Source: Eledone cirrhosa (taxonomy: Eukaryota). Taken from it: a stretch of DNA of 64,000 nucleotides. A model generated the notes under the pieces. It made no database searches and had not been told where the DNA came from. It was given only the letters and a program-made list of their open reading frames with translations. A program made the position numbers and the translations under genes. This document shows, piece by piece, positions 36,001-51,916 of this stretch. The DNA lies in NCBI GenBank assembly GCA_964016885.1, contig OZ024761.1, positions 18,166,001 to 18,230,000 of the forward strand, read 5' to 3'. How positions within the stretch are numbered: the stretch's first letter is position 1; each line of letters starts with the position of its first letter.

Positions 36001-38172
36001 AAACATCGTATGTAGTTCTTTATTAAAGAAATGCTAAAATAGATTTAAATATATGAAATTTGCACAGTAGAATTACGGCCGCTTGGCGGGCGTCTGGTAA
36101 AGTGGTGGTAGTGTAGGTTCGAGCGGAGGGGGAACTAGAAGGGTGGCTTCGAGATGATCGTGGCCCCGGGTATCCCAGAAGATAGAGACCAATATTTAAA
36201 ATAAAAAAAATAAAAATGTTTTATATTTAAGATAAAGTAGAAGATCGAAACCCTATCTCCAAATCGATACACACTGAATTGATGCATAGATACACCACAA
36301 CTATCCACACGGCTACCTACAGACCAACAAATACGGAGTGAAAATAAACACATTTAAAGCTATTTTATTGTTAGACTAAAAATAAGTTTATATATGTAAA
36401 TATTCAAAAGAAAATCACTTAAGTCTTTATAGTCTAGTGGTAAGACATAGGACTGGGGAATGCCGTAGTTGGATTTCGAATCAACTTAAAACATTAACTT
36501 TTTTTATCCTCACACTGTAAGGAATTTGCTTGATTTGAACACGTAGTCATACCATTTGAAGCTTTATTTTTCTCTTTCTAGTCGTAACACAGTCAGCATA
36601 TAAATAAACGTGATTCACTTCAACACGTTGCCATACCATTTAAAACTTTATTTGGAGATGAGACAAAGACACATAAATACACCAAGTAGTAAACCCTTGA
36701 TTGAACTTACTATGAAGATGAAGAATGTCTGTTAATATCAAAGTGACGTTAAATTTAGGTGTCACTTTCATTGTTTTTAATTTACAGAAACACCTTAATA
36801 TAATACAATGTACAAGATATATATATTAGAAGGAATATTTTTTATTTTCTTGTTTCGTCAAACCTTGCGTTTATTCTACACACACACACGTCGAAACACT
36901 TGCTTAAGGTGGCTTTCTTAGAGATAATGAGAAGTGTTGGCTTGGTGGAGATTGATACAACTTTGGGTGATGTTACGAGGAGAGGCAAGGCTATGGAGAG
37001 TGTCTTAGTGGAAGAGATGACATCAGAGCAGTAACCTCCAAAGAGATGAAATTAGTGACTGAGATGCTATCATTGCATAGTTAAGAATATATATAACAAA
37101 CATATACTATAAATTTAACAAGTCAAACTACAGTTATACTCTAACACGGAAGACAAATAAAACTTTACCTCTCTCATGCACGTCGTATCCAGTGTGTTGT
37201 TATAAGAAAACCGGTGAAACACTAAATATGCCACCAGTGTAGCGATTTTATACTCTCTCTCTGCTTCATCGTACCACCCAGTAACATGAAACTGTGTTCA
37301 AATCCCTGGGAGGTAGAATTTCGTCGCTTTAAAATAAACACACTGGGGTCAGTTTGAATATTGATTTCATGTGAAAAATATATACATATTATGATTGTAC
37401 TCCGAACTATCAATATTGAAACAATTTTAATGTGCCAATAAAATTTATATATATCTATACAGCAACAGTGTTTTCGATCTTTCTTACTTTTTTTATTCAC
37501 ACTCTACAGTCACTTTAACTCTGTAATAAAACCCAACACGAGACGAACGTTAACTGCAGTTACCCACGAAATTAACGCACACACAAATGAATATATATAT
37601 ATACTACTAAAATGTATGTAAAATTAAAAAATAAATACTTAAATTCAATGTATGTATAATTACACATACAATACGTTTTGTTGTAAAACCCTAAATAATA
37701 ATTTAAGAAATGATGTTAATCTCTTTGTACAGAGATAAACATTAATTTATGTGTGTGCGTATATACACCATTTAAGACAGCGAAAAAACCAGTACCTCCT
37801 TCGAAGAATGCCAAATAGTTTATGCCTCAGGTATACCGGTGTAACACTAATTAAGTTACCGGTGTAGATATTTCAGTTGAACCGTGCTTCAACAAACTAC
37901 CCGGTAATTTGAAATCGAGTTTAGAGTGAGGGGGTGTAAAACAGAATTCTGTTTGGAAAATAGTAAATTCTAAACCTGCTAGAAACAGCCAAATGTCGTA
38001 CTTTGGGTGCGACTCGTCTTACCTCTTCTAATATATATATATATATATAAATAAATATATATATATGTGTGTGTGTAGATTCACAGGTCGCGTCGGAGAG
38101 AAACCACAATAAATACAATGTACTCAATAGATTGGCACAGTATATATGTGTGTGTGTGTGTACATATAAATA

Positions 38173-38207
<35 letters not shown>

Positions 38208-38312
38208 GTATAAATGTATATATACATATAAATACTTATATATATACATAAACATATGTATACATACACACATATATAGATATATATGTGTGTATATATA
38301 TATATCTGTGTG

Positions 38313-38379
<67 letters not shown>

Positions 38380-38779
38380 TGTGTGTGTGTGTGTGTATAC
38401 ATATATATTACTTTCACTGTTCTTTCTAGCATAAAAAAGAAAAACCGGAAGGGTAGAAAATTGAAAAACTTCTTCTTTTTCCCTCCTCTAACTTTTCAAA
38501 CAAAAGGAAATTTTATGTAAACAAAAACGAAATTTTTGCCAAGAAAGATAACTCTTCTCTGACTTAAATCCAAAATTGGGATACAAAATAAATTCCGCAA
38601 TTTTTTGTATCCCAATTTTGGATTTAAGTCAGAGAAGAGTTATCTTTCTTGGCAAAAATTTCGTTTTTGTTTACATAAAATTTTCTTTTGTTTGAAAAGT
38701 TAGAGGGGTGAAAAAGAAGAAGTTTTTCAATTTTCTCCACTTCCGGTTTTTTCTAGTGTATGCTAGAAATAGCAGTCAA

Positions 38780-38824
<45 letters not shown>

Positions 38825-39251
38825 TTTTTTGTGACAATATATATTGTTTTAACGCTAGATTATTAACAACAATATATTGTATTTGTTGGCCTATTGGACG
38901 CATAAGACGCTCACTCGATTTTTATTATATTTTACGTTGTATTTTGAGGTTTATAGGCATTTCTATGGACCACCTACAATATTCGCGGTTTTCCACTGTT
39001 CTCGGGTTCTCTAGGACTGTAAACCCCACGAATGCCGGGGGAGGGGTAATTGTATATGAATATATCGACTAATAATATACAGTATAATTATACGAGTATG
39101 CATATACATTGCAATATATATATACACTAATATATATACATATTTACACATATATGTACATATATATATATATAGACACACATGTATATATATATATGCA
39201 TGTATGTATATATGTATACATATATATACATATATATATATGCATGTATGT

Positions 39252-39310
<59 letters not shown>

Positions 39311-39347
39311 GACGTGTGTGTGTGTGTGTGTGTACATTCTTAGGTAT
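33070..39347 (+). repeat. Unit 6
   Basis: Anchor at 33118. Confidence 0.93.
38408..38784. repeat. 377-bp palindrome, unit 6
   Basis: Same inverted arms. Confidence 0.95.
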
Positions 39348-42300
39348 ATACATATATATTTATACACACATACATACAAATATATATATTTCTATGAGTC
39401 ACGGTTTATTACACATTGGAGACAGAGTGAGAGATTTAGCTGTCATTTTTAGCAGATTTAGAAACTTCGCAAACGCTTTATTTTTTTCTTACTGCCGGTA
39501 CTCTGAACACGATTTGAAATGACTGGAGTGAGTTTATAAAAGGGTAAACTGAAATAGTTGCACCGGTAATATATTTAGTGTTACACCGGTATTTTTGAAA
39601 CAATCTCTTTTCGCATTCGCTTGTAAGAGGTAACGTTTTCTATGCCGTCTCTGTTAGTGTAGAACTGTAGGTTGACTTTTACAACTCTTTGTCAACATGC
39701 ATATTATTATTATATACTTACAAACACACTTACATATATTATATTTATACACATATAGGATTTTACTAAGTTTTTATTCTTTCTAATGTGAAGAGATAGA
39801 AATAAGTTTAAACTAAAGTATAATGATATAACAACAGTATATAATAGTTTTCTCCACTTTATTGAGATGCAAACGTTTTAAAGAAAAAACATGACAGTAT
39901 AAGAAATAATTACTATCATAATATATAATATTTCAGGTAGTATGGTCGTTTCTCTTGTCTTCCACCTAGTTGTAGATTCTTCATGTCCTCTCTAGCCATA
40001 ATTATGTCGTCGACATATGCATAAGTTTGATTTCTTCTTGAATGAATTGCAAATCTTGAGGTAGCCTTCTTGGTACATTTATTAGCTTTAATTCGTGTTT
40101 ACACTGCTTGTAATAATTCTTACGTTTTTGACTTTAGATGAAACATATATATGAAAACGTCTGTGGCTTTAGTATACCTTTAAGTTTGATTTCAATAGAA
40201 AAATACTTACTGAACATGTGTAACGCAATTATAACTGGAGCTACTAAGTTCCTAGCCACTAGAAAATCTATTTGATAGAAGTTATTTCCTAGTTCTATGC
40301 ACTGTCAATATCCCCTCTACTTTTTATATACTTGTGTTTGTTAAAGAAACATTCTCTGATTTAGAAACCACGATCTTCTCGCACCATCGTTGTAGTAATT
40401 CTTGTTAAATGTTTTGTCTGGTCTATTGTCAATAAGTGGCCTTGTTTTCTGATTATTAATAAAGTTGAGTGGTCTACTGAATTGTCTAAATTATTGCCTA
40501 TTTATAAGTTTTGTTTAACTGCCGATAACTTTAAAATCTATTTCTTAGGTTGCTAAGGCCTACAAACCTTATATCAGTGTCCCTTCTTTTGACACTTTCT
40601 ACGAGTGAATGCTTAAATTGACATTTTATTTTGGGTTGTACTGCCTTATCCCACCTATAACAGCTTGAAGCAGATATAGTAAAAACAGGTACTTGACTGT
40701 GAAGATTGATATGAGTTAGATTGAACAAACCTCAACAATTATATTCAACATAACAGAAGAAAAAGGAATTATAAGTAAAGTGCAAAATTAACGTTTAAAG
40801 ACAAGAAAAGTATTTCTCTTTCTCTCTGGCAAAATAAATCAGCTGTTTTTAGACCTGGAGGAGGGGAGGATTGACTCAGTCAGGTTTAAATGCCCACATG
40901 ATGGTAATTACGGCACCCCTACAACAACAGTTAAATGTCTATAACCACCACGCATTTATGAGACTAAAAACCTTGATAGTGTATTTTTATTTTGGTACAA
41001 AAGTTTTTTAAATAATTTCATCAGTTTTAATTCAAGTAAGTCCAATATAATGTATTTAAACGAATCTAGAGATAGGATTTCAATATCTGTCAGAGCTTAT
41101 GAAATAGTAAAACAATTTTTTTTTTTTTTTCTTCATTTATGTCAAATACCATGAGTTGTTCTTTATTAAATAAATGCTAAAATAGATTTAGTTAGTATGA
41201 CTCTGAAATGTGTTCAGAAACGGTAATGTTATGTTTTCCTTAGAGCCTGTCTGTCTTACAGTATGTTTACACACAATACATATACATAAATTAATTGTTT
41301 ATTAGCTATATTCTTCTGTTTACACTCCTCGTAATGATTCGAGCGGTTTTGTTTTTGTTTTTTCTTCAGGAGAGACGTAGATAGAAAAACGTTTGTGGCT
41401 TTAGTATTGCTTATTTTTAAGTTTTGTTTAATTGCCGATAAATTTGAAATATATTTGTTAGGTTTCTTAGAACTACAAATCTTTCTTATGACACGTACTA
41501 CGGAATAAATTCTTAGCTGGATACTTTACTTTGTGATTACTTTCCTCCCAAAGCCATAACAGCTTGAATCAGATGTAGCAAAAACTTGTGAAGACTGACA
41601 TGAGTTATGTTGAATATAAGTGTAGACGTAAAATATTTTTGTTTATTCAATCTAAAGGGAAGGAGAAAGAATTTTAAGTCAAGTGCAAAATTAACGTTTA
41701 AAGGCATAAGAAAGGTATCTCGCTTTCTCTCCTGTAACATAAATAGGCTGTTTTTAGACCAGGAGGATGGGAGGATTGACTCAGTCAGATTTAAATGTAC
41801 ACATGACGGTAAATACGACAGCCCTACAACAACAGTTAAGTGTCTATAACAACCATGCATTTAAGAGACTGAAAACCTTACGAATTTGTTTATATTTTGG
41901 TACATGAAAACAAAATTTAAAAACAAATTATATATTTAATTTCATGTAAGTCAAATACAATGTATTTAAATGAATCTACAGATGGAGTTGCAATATCTGC
42001 CAGGACTTTGAAATAGTGAAATATATAAAAATGTTTAATTAAAACTACTTTTCAAAGGAATAATAAAGATATATACACACACACACACATCTCTAGTGGA
42101 GATATTTCTGAGATTGGAAACCCTATCGATGTATGTATTTTGTCACTGTAAAGTTATCAAAAAATTATTATTATATATACATGTTTGCGTTTTTGACGTA
42201 AGTAAATTATGAGGTGTTCGATACCTGCCAGAGCTTATGAAATAGTAAAAGAATATTTTTCTCTTTTCAATTATGTCAAACATCGTATGTAGTTCTTTAT

Positions 42301-44449
42301 TAAAGAAATGCTAAAATAGATTTAAATATATGAAATTTGCACAGTAGAATTACGGCCGCTTGGCGGGCGTCTGGTAAAGTGGTGGTAGTGTAGGTTCGAG
42401 CGGAGGGGGAACTAGAAGGGTGGCTTCGAGATGATCGTGGCCCCGGGTATCCCAGAAGATAGAGACCAATATTTAAAATAAAAAAAATAAAAATGTTTTA
42501 TATTTAAGATAAAGTAGAAGATCGAAACCCTATCTCCAAATCGATACACACTGAATTGATGCATAGATACACCACAACTATCCACACGGCTACCTACAGA
42601 CCAACAAATACGGAGTGAAAATAAACACATTTAAAGCTATTTTATTGTTAGACTAAAAATAAGTTTATATATGTAAATATTCAAAAGAAAATCACTTAAG
42701 TCTTTATAGTCTAGTGGTAAGACATAGGACTGGGGAATGCCGTAGTTGGATTTCGAATCAACTTAAAACATTAACTTTTTTTATCCTCACACTGTAAGGA
42801 ATTTGCTTGATTTGAACACGTAGTCATACCATTTGAAGCTTTATTTTTCTCTTTCTAGTCGTAACACAGTCAGCATATAAATAAACGTGATTCACTTCAA
42901 CACGTTGCCATACCATTTAAAACTTTATTTGGAGATGAGACAAAGACACATAAATACACCAAGTAGTAAACCCTTGATTGAACTTACTATGAAGATGAAG
43001 AATGTCTGTTAATATCAAAGTGACGTTAAATTTAGGTGTCACTTTCATTGTTTTTAATTTACAGAAACACCTTAATATAATACAATGTACAAGATATATA
43101 TATTAGAAGGAATATTTTTTATTTTCTTGTTTCGTCAAACCTTGCGTTTATTCTACACACACACACGTCGAAACACTTGCTTAAGGTGGCTTTCTTAGAG
43201 ATAATGAGAAGTGTTGGCTTGGTGGAGATTGATACAACTTTGGGTGATGTTACGAGGAGAGGCAAGGCTATGGAGAGTGTCTTAGTGGAAGAGATGACAT
43301 CAGAGCAGTAACCTCCAAAGAGATGAAATTAGTGACTGAGATGCTATCATTGCATAGTTAAGAATATATATAACAAACATATACTATAAATTTAACAAGT
43401 CAAACTACAGTTATACTCTAACACGGAAGACAAATAAAACTTTACCTCTCTCATGCACGTCGTATCCAGTGTGTTGTTATAAGAAAACCGGTGAAACACT
43501 AAATATGCCACCAGTGTAGCGATTTTATACTCTCTCTCTGCTTCATCGTACCACCCAGTAACATGAAACTGTGTTCAAATCCCTGGGAGGTAGAATTTCG
43601 TCGCTTTAAAATAAACACTCTGGGGTCAGTTTGAATATTGATTTCATGTGAAAAATATATACATATTATGATTGTACTCCGAACTATCAATATTGAAACA
43701 ATTTTAATGTGCCAATAAAATTTATATATATATATACAGCAACAGTGTTTTCGATCTTTCTTACTTTTTTTATTCACACTCTACAGTCACTTTAACGCTG
43801 TAATAAAACCCAACACGAGACGAACGTTAACTGCAGTTACCCACGAAATTAACGCACACACAAATGAATATATATATATACTACTAAAATGTATGTAAAA
43901 TTAAAAAATAAATACTTAAATTCAATGTATGTATAATTACACATACAATACGTTTTGTTGTAAAACCCTAAATAATAATTTAAGAAATGATGTTAATCTC
44001 TTTGTACAGAGATAAACATTAATTTATGTGTGTGCGTATATACACCATTTAAGACAGCGAAAAAACCAGTACCTCCTTCGAAGAATGCCAAATAGTTTAT
44101 GCCTCAGGTATACCGGTGTAACACTAATTAAGTTACCGGTGTAGATATTTCAGTTGAACCGTGCTTCAACAAACTACCCGGTAATTTGAAATCGAGTTTA
44201 GAGTGAGGGGGTGTAAAACAGAATTCTGTTTGGAAAATAGTAAATTCTAAACCTGCTAGAAACAGCCAAATGTCGTACTTTGGGTGCGACTCGTCTTACC
44301 TCTTCTAATATATATATATATATATAAATAAATATATATATATGTGTGTGTGTAGATTCACAGGTCGCGTCGGAGAGAAACCACAATAAATACAATGTAC
44401 TCAATAGATTGGCACAGTATATATGTGTGTGTGTGTGTACATATAAATA

Positions 44450-44484
<35 letters not shown>

Positions 44485-44589
44485 GTATAAATGTATATAT
44501 ACATATAAATACTTATATATATACATAAACATATGTATACATACACACATATATAGATATATATGTGTGTATATATATATATCTGTGTG

Positions 44590-44656
<67 letters not shown>

Positions 44657-45056
44657 TGTGTGTGTGTGTGTGTATACATATATATTACTTTCACTGTTCT
44701 TTCTAGCATAAAAAAGAAAAACCGGAAGGGTAGAAAATTGAAAAACTTCTTCTTTTTCCCTCCTCTAACTTTTCAAACAAAAGGAAATTTTATGTAAACA
44801 AAAACGAAATTTTTGCCAAGAAAGATAACTCTTCTCTGACTTAAATCCAAAATTGGGATACAAAATAAATTCCGCAATTTTTTGTATCCCAATTTTGGAT
44901 TTAAGTCAGAGAAGAGTTATCTTTCTTGGCAAAAATTTCGTTTTTGTTTACATAAAATTTTCTTTTGTTTGAAAAGTTAGAGGGGTGAAAAAGAAGAAGT
45001 TTTTCAATTTTCTCCACTTCCGGTTTTTTCTAGTGTATGCTAGAAATAGCAGTCAA

Positions 45057-45101
<45 letters not shown>

Positions 45102-45528
45102 TTTTTTGTGACAATATATATTGTTTTAACGCTAGATTATTAACAACAATATATTGTATTTGTTGGCCTATTGGACGCATAAGACGCTCACTCGATTTTT
45201 ATTATATTTTACGTTGTATTTTGAGGTTTATAGGCATTTCTATGGACCACCTACAATATTCGCGGTTTTCCACTGTTCTCGGGTTCTCTAGGACTGTAAA
45301 CCCCACGAATGCCGGGGGAGGGGTAATTGTATATGAATATATCGACTAATAATATACAGTATAATTATACGAGTATGCATATACATTGCAATATATATAT
45401 ACACTAATATATATACATATTTACACATATATGTACATATATATATATATAGACACACATGTATATATATATATGCATGTATGTATATATGTATACATAT
45501 ATATACATATATATATATGCATGTATGT

Positions 45529-45587
<59 letters not shown>

Positions 45588-45624
45588 GACGTGTGTGTGT
45601 GTGTGTGTGTACATTCTTAGGTAT
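39348..45624 (+). repeat. Unit 7
   Basis: Anchor at 39396. Confidence 0.93.
44685..45061. repeat. 377-bp palindrome, unit 7
   Basis: Same inverted arms. Confidence 0.95.
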
Positions 45625-48600
45625 ATACATATATATTTATACACACATACATACAAATATATATATTTCTATGAGTCACGGTTTATTACACATTGGAGAC
45701 AGAGTGAGAGATTTAGCTGTCATTTTTAGCAGATTTAGAAACTTCGCAAACGCTTTATTTTTTTCTTACTGCCGGTACTCTGAACACGATTTGAAATGAC
45801 TGGAGTGAGTTTATAAAAGGGTAAACTGAAATAGTTGCACCGGTAATATATTTAGTGTTACACCGGTATTTTTGAAACAATCTCTTTTCGCATTCGCTTG
45901 TAAGAGGTAACGTTTTCTATGCCGTCTCTGTTAGTGTAGAACTGTAGGTTGACTTTTACAACTCTTTGTCAACATGCATATTATTATTATATACTTACAA
46001 ACACACTTACATATATTATATTTATACACATATAGGATTTTACTAAGTTTTTATTCTTTCTAATGTGAAGAGATAGAAATAAGTTTAAACTAAAGTATAA
46101 TGATATAACAACAGTATATAATAGTTTTCTCCACTTTATTGAGATGCAAACGTTTTAAAGAAAAAACATGACAGTATAAGAAATAATTACTATCATAATA
46201 TATAATATTTCAGGTAGTATGGTCGTTTCTCTTGTCTTCCACCTAGTTGTAGATTCTTCATGTCCTCTCTAGCCATAATTATGTCGTCGACATATGCATA
46301 AGTTTGATTTCTTCTTGAATGAATTGCAAATCTTGAGGTAGCCTTCTTGGTACATTTATTAGCTTTAATTCGTGTTTACACTGCTTGTAATAATTCTTAC
46401 GTTTTTGACTTTAGATGAAACATATATATGAAAACGTCTGTGGCTTTAGTATACCTTTAAGTTTGATTTCAATAGAAAAATACTTACTGAACATGTGTAA
46501 CGCAATTATAACTGGAGCTACTAAGTTCCTAGCCACTAGAAAATCTATTTGATAGAAGTTATTTCCTAGTTCTATGCACTGTCAATATCCCCTCTACTTT
46601 TTATATACTTGTGTTTGTTAAAGAAACATTCTCTGATTTAGAAACCACGATCTTCTCGCACCATCGTTGTAGTAATTCTTGTTAAATGTTTTGTCTGGTC
46701 TATTGTCAATAAGTGGCCTTGTTTTCTGATTATTAATAAAGTTGAGTGGTCTACTGAATTGTCTAAATTATTGCCTATTTATAAGTTTTGTTTAACTGCC
46801 GATAACTTTAAAATCTATTTCTTAGGTTGCTAAGGCCTACAAACCTTATATCAGTGTCCCTTCTTTTGACACTTTCTACGAGTGAATGCTTAAATTGACA
46901 TTTTATTTTGGGTTGTACTGCCTTATCCCACCTATAACAGCTTGAAGCAGATATAGTAAAAACAGGTACTTGACTGTGGAGATTGATATGAGTTAGATTG
47001 AACAAACCTCAACAATTATATTCAACATAACAGAAGAAAAAGGAATTATAAGTAAAGTGCAAAATTAACGTTTAAAGACAAGAAAAGTATTTCTCTTTCT
47101 CTCTGGCAAAATAAATCAGCTGTTTTTAGACCTGGAGGAGGGGAGGATTGACTCAGTCAGGTTTAAATGCCCACATGATGGTAATTACGGCACCCCTACA
47201 ACAACAGTTAAATGTCTATAACCACCACGCATTTATGAGACTAAAAACCTTGATAGTGTATTTTTATTTTGGTACAAAAGTTTTTTAAATAATTTCATCA
47301 GTTTTAATTCAAGTAAGTCCAATATAATGTATTTAAACGAATCTAGAGATAGGATTTCAATATCTGTCAGAGCTTATGAAATAGTAAAACAATTTTTTTT
47401 TTTTTTTTCTTCATTTATGTCAAATACCATGAGTTGTTCTTTATTAAATAAATGCTAAAATAGATTTAGTTAGTATGACTCTGAAATGTGTTCAGAAACG
47501 GTAATGTTATGTTTTCCTTAGAGCCTGTCTGTCTTACAGTATGTTTACACACAATACATATACATAAATTAATTGTTTATTAGCTATATTCTTCTGTTTA
47601 CACTCCTCGTAATGATTCGAGCGGTTTTGTTTTTGTTTTTTCTTCAGGAGAGACGTAGATAGAAAAACGTTTGTGGCTTTAGTATTGCTTATTTTTAAGT
47701 TTTGTTTAATTGCCGATAAATTTGAAATATATTTGTTAGGTTTCTTAGAACTACAAATCTTTCTTATGACACGTACTACGGAATAAATTCTTAGCTGGAT
47801 ACTTTACTTTGTGATTACTTTCCTCCCAAAGCCATAACAGCTTGAATCAGATGTAGCAAAAACTTGTGAAGACTGACATGAGTTATGTTGAATATAAGTG
47901 TAGACGTAAAATATTTTTGTTTATTCAATCTAAAGGGAAGGAGAAAGAATTTTAAGTCAAGTGCAAAATTAACGTTTAAAGGCATAAGAAAGGTATCTCG
48001 CTTTCTCTCCTGTAACATAAATAGGCTGTTTTTAGACCAGGAGGATGGGAGGATTGACTCAGTCAGATTTAAATGTACACATGACGGTAAATACGACAGC
48101 CCTACAACAACAGTTAAGTGTCTATAACAACCATGCATTTAAGAGACTGAAAACCTTACGAATTTGTTTATATTTTGGTACATGAAAACAAAATTTAAAA
48201 ACAAATTATATATTTAATTTCATGTAAGTCAAATACAATGTATTTAAATGAATCTACAGATGGAGTTGCAATATCTGCCAGGACTTTGAAATAGTGAAAT
48301 ATATAAAAATGTTTAATTAAAACTACTTTTCAAAGGAATAATAAAGATATATACACACACACACACATCTCTAGTGGAGATATTTCTGAGATTGGAAACC
48401 CTATCGATGTATGTATTTTGTCACTGTAAAGTTATCAAAAAATTATTATTATATATACATGTTTGCGTTTTTGACGTAAGTAAATTATGAGGTGTTCGAT
48501 ACCTGCCAGAGCTTATGAAATAGTAAAAGAATATTTTTCTCTTTTCAATTATGTCAAACATCGTATGTAGTTCTTTATTAAAGAAATGCTAAAATAGATT

Positions 48601-50723
48601 TAAATATATGAAATTTGCACAGTAGAATTACGGCCGCTTGGCGGGCGTCTGGTAAAGTGGTGGTAGTGTAGGTTCGAGCGGAGGGGGAACTAGAAGGGTG
48701 GCTTCGAGATGATCGTGGCCCCGGGTATCCCAGAAGATAGAGACCAATATTTAAAATAAAAAAAATAAAAATGTTTTATATTTAAGATAAAGTAGAAGAT
48801 CGAAACCCTATCTCCAAATCGATACACACTGAATTGATGCATAGATACACCACAACTATCCACACGGCTACCTACAGACCAACAAATACGGAGTGAAAAT
48901 AAACACATTTAAAGCTATTTTATTGTTAGACTAAAAATAAGTTTATATATGTAAATATTCAAAAGAAAATCACTTAAGTCTTTATAGTCTAGTGGTAAGA
49001 CATAGGACTGGGGAATGCCGTAGTTGGATTTCGAATCAACTTAAAACATTAACTTTTTTTATCCTCACACTGTAAGGAATTTGCTTGATTTGAACACGTA
49101 GTCATACCATTTGAAGCTTTATTTTTCTCTTTCTAGTCGTAACACAGTCAGCATATAAATAAACGTGATTCACTTCAACACGTTGCCATACCATTTAAAA
49201 CTTTATTTGGAGATGAGACAAAGACACATAAATACACCAAGTAGTAAACCCTTGATTGAACTTACTATGAAGATGAAGAATGTCTGTTAATATCAAAGTG
49301 ACGTTAAATTTAGGTGTCACTTTCATTGTTTTTAATTTACAGAAACACCTTAATATAATACAATGTACAAGATATATATATTAGAAGGAATATTTTTTAT
49401 TTTCTTGTTTCGTCAAACCTTGCGTTTATTCTACACACACACACGTCGAAACACTTGCTTAAGGTGGCTTTCTTAGAGATAATGAGAAGTGTTGGCTTGG
49501 TGGAGATTGATACAACTTTGGGTGATGTTACGAGGAGAGGCAAGGCTATGGAGAGTGTCTTAGTGGAAGAGATGACATCAGAGCAGTAACCTCCAAAGAG
49601 ATGAAATTAGTGACTGAGATGCTATCATTGCATAGTTAAGAATATATATAACAAACATATACTATAAATTTAACAAGTCAAACTACAGTTATACTCTAAC
49701 ACGGAAGACAAATAAAACTTTACCTCTCTCATGCACGTCGTATCCAGTGTGTTGTTATAAGAAAACCGGTGAAACACTAAATATGCCACCAGTGTAGCGA
49801 TTTTATACTCTCTCTCTGCTTCATCGTACCACCCAGTAACATGAAACTGTGTTCAAATCCCTGGGAGGTAGAATTTCGTCGCTTTAAAATAAACACACTG
49901 GGGTCAGTTTGAATATTGATTTCATGTGAAAAATATATACATATTATGATTGTACTCCGAACTATCAATATTGAAACAATTTTAATGTGCCAATAAAATT
50001 TATATATATCTATACAGCAACAGTGTTTTCGATCTTTCTTACTTTTTTTATTCACACTCTACAGTCACTTTAACTCTGTAATAAAACCCAACACGAGACG
50101 AACGTTAACTGCAGTTACCCACGAAATTAACGCACACACAAATGAATATATATATATACTACTAAAATGTATGTAAAATTAAAAAATAAATACTTAAATT
50201 CAATGTATGTATAATTACACATACAATACGTTTTGTTGTAAAACCCTAAATAATAATTTAAGAAATGATGTTAATCTCTTTGTACAGAGATAAACATTAA
50301 TTTATGTGTGTGCGTATATACACCATTTAAGACAGCGAAAAAACCAGTACCTCCTTCGAAGAATGCCAAATAGTTTATGCCTCAGGTATACCGGTGTAAC
50401 ACTAATTAAGTTACCGGTGTAGATATTTCAGTTGAACCGTGCTTCAACAAACTACCCGGTAATTTGAAATCGAGTTTAGAGTGAGGGGGTGTAAAACAGA
50501 ATTCTGTTTGGAAAATAGTAAATTCTAAACCTGCTAGAAACAGCAGCCAAATGTCGCACTTTGGGTGCGACTCGTCTTACCTCTTCTAATATATATATGT
50601 GTGTGTGTGTGTGTGTAGATTCACAGGTCGCGTCGGAGAGAAACCACAATAAATACAATGTACTCAATAGATTGGCACAGTATATATGTGTGTGTGTGTA
50701 CATATAAATATGTGTGTGTGTAT

Positions 50724-50754
<31 letters not shown>

Positions 50755-50939
50755 AATGTATATATACATATAAATACTTATATATATACATAAACATATG
50801 TATACATACACACATATATAGATATATATGTGTGTATATATATATATCTGTGTGTTTATTTCTCTATATATATATATATAATTATTACTTAGGTTCTAAG
50901 GAATATTCCGCGAATGTAGGGGTTTACTCTCTCTCTCTC

Positions 50940-50987
<48 letters not shown>

Positions 50988-51367
50988 CATATATATTACT
51001 TTCACTGTTCTTTCTAGCATAAAAAAGAAAAACCGGAAGGGTAGAAAATTGAAAAACTTCTTCTTTTTCCCTCCTCTAACTTTTCAAACAAAAGATAATT
51101 TTATGTAAACAAAAACGAAATTTTTGCCAAGAAAGATAACTCTTCTCTGACTTAAATCCAAAATTGGGATACAAAATAAATTCCGCAATTTTTTGTATCC
51201 CAATTTTGGATTTAAGTCAGAGAAGAGTTATCTTTCTTGGCAAAAATTTCGTTTTTGTTTACATAAAATTATCTTTTGTTTGAAAAGTTAGAGGAGGGAA
51301 AAAGAAGAAGTTTTTCAATTTTCTCCACTTCCGGCTTTTTCTAGTGTATGCTAGAAATAGCAGTCAA

Positions 51368-51418
<51 letters not shown>

Positions 51419-51916
51419 TTTCTTGTGACAATATATATTGTTTTAACGCTAGATTATTAACAACAATATATTGTATTTGTTGGCCTATTGGACGCATAAG
51501 ACGCTCACTCGATTTTTATTATATTTTACGTTGTATTTTGAGGTTTATAGGCATTTCTGTGGACCACCTACAATATTCGCGGTTTTTCACTGTTCTCGGG
51601 TTCTCTAGGACTGTAAACCCCACGAATGCCGGGGGAGGGGTAATTGTATATGAATATATCGACTAATAATATACAGTATAATTATACGAGTATGCATATA
51701 CATTGCAATATATATATACACTAATATATATACATATTTACACATATATGTACATATATATATATATAGACACACATGTATATATATATATGCATGTATG
51801 TATATATGTATACATATATATACATATATATATATATGCATGTATGTATATACATATATATATATATACATAGACCATGTGTATGTGTGTGTGTGTGTGT
51901 GTACATTCTTAGGTAT
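45625..51916 (+). repeat. Unit 8
   Basis: Anchor at 45673; switches to a variant haplotype from ~50540. Confidence 0.93.
50996..51372. repeat. 377-bp palindrome, unit 8 (variant)
   Basis: Arms carry matched variants AAGATAATTT/AAATTATCTT and CCCTCCTC/GAGGAGGG. Confidence 0.95.
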
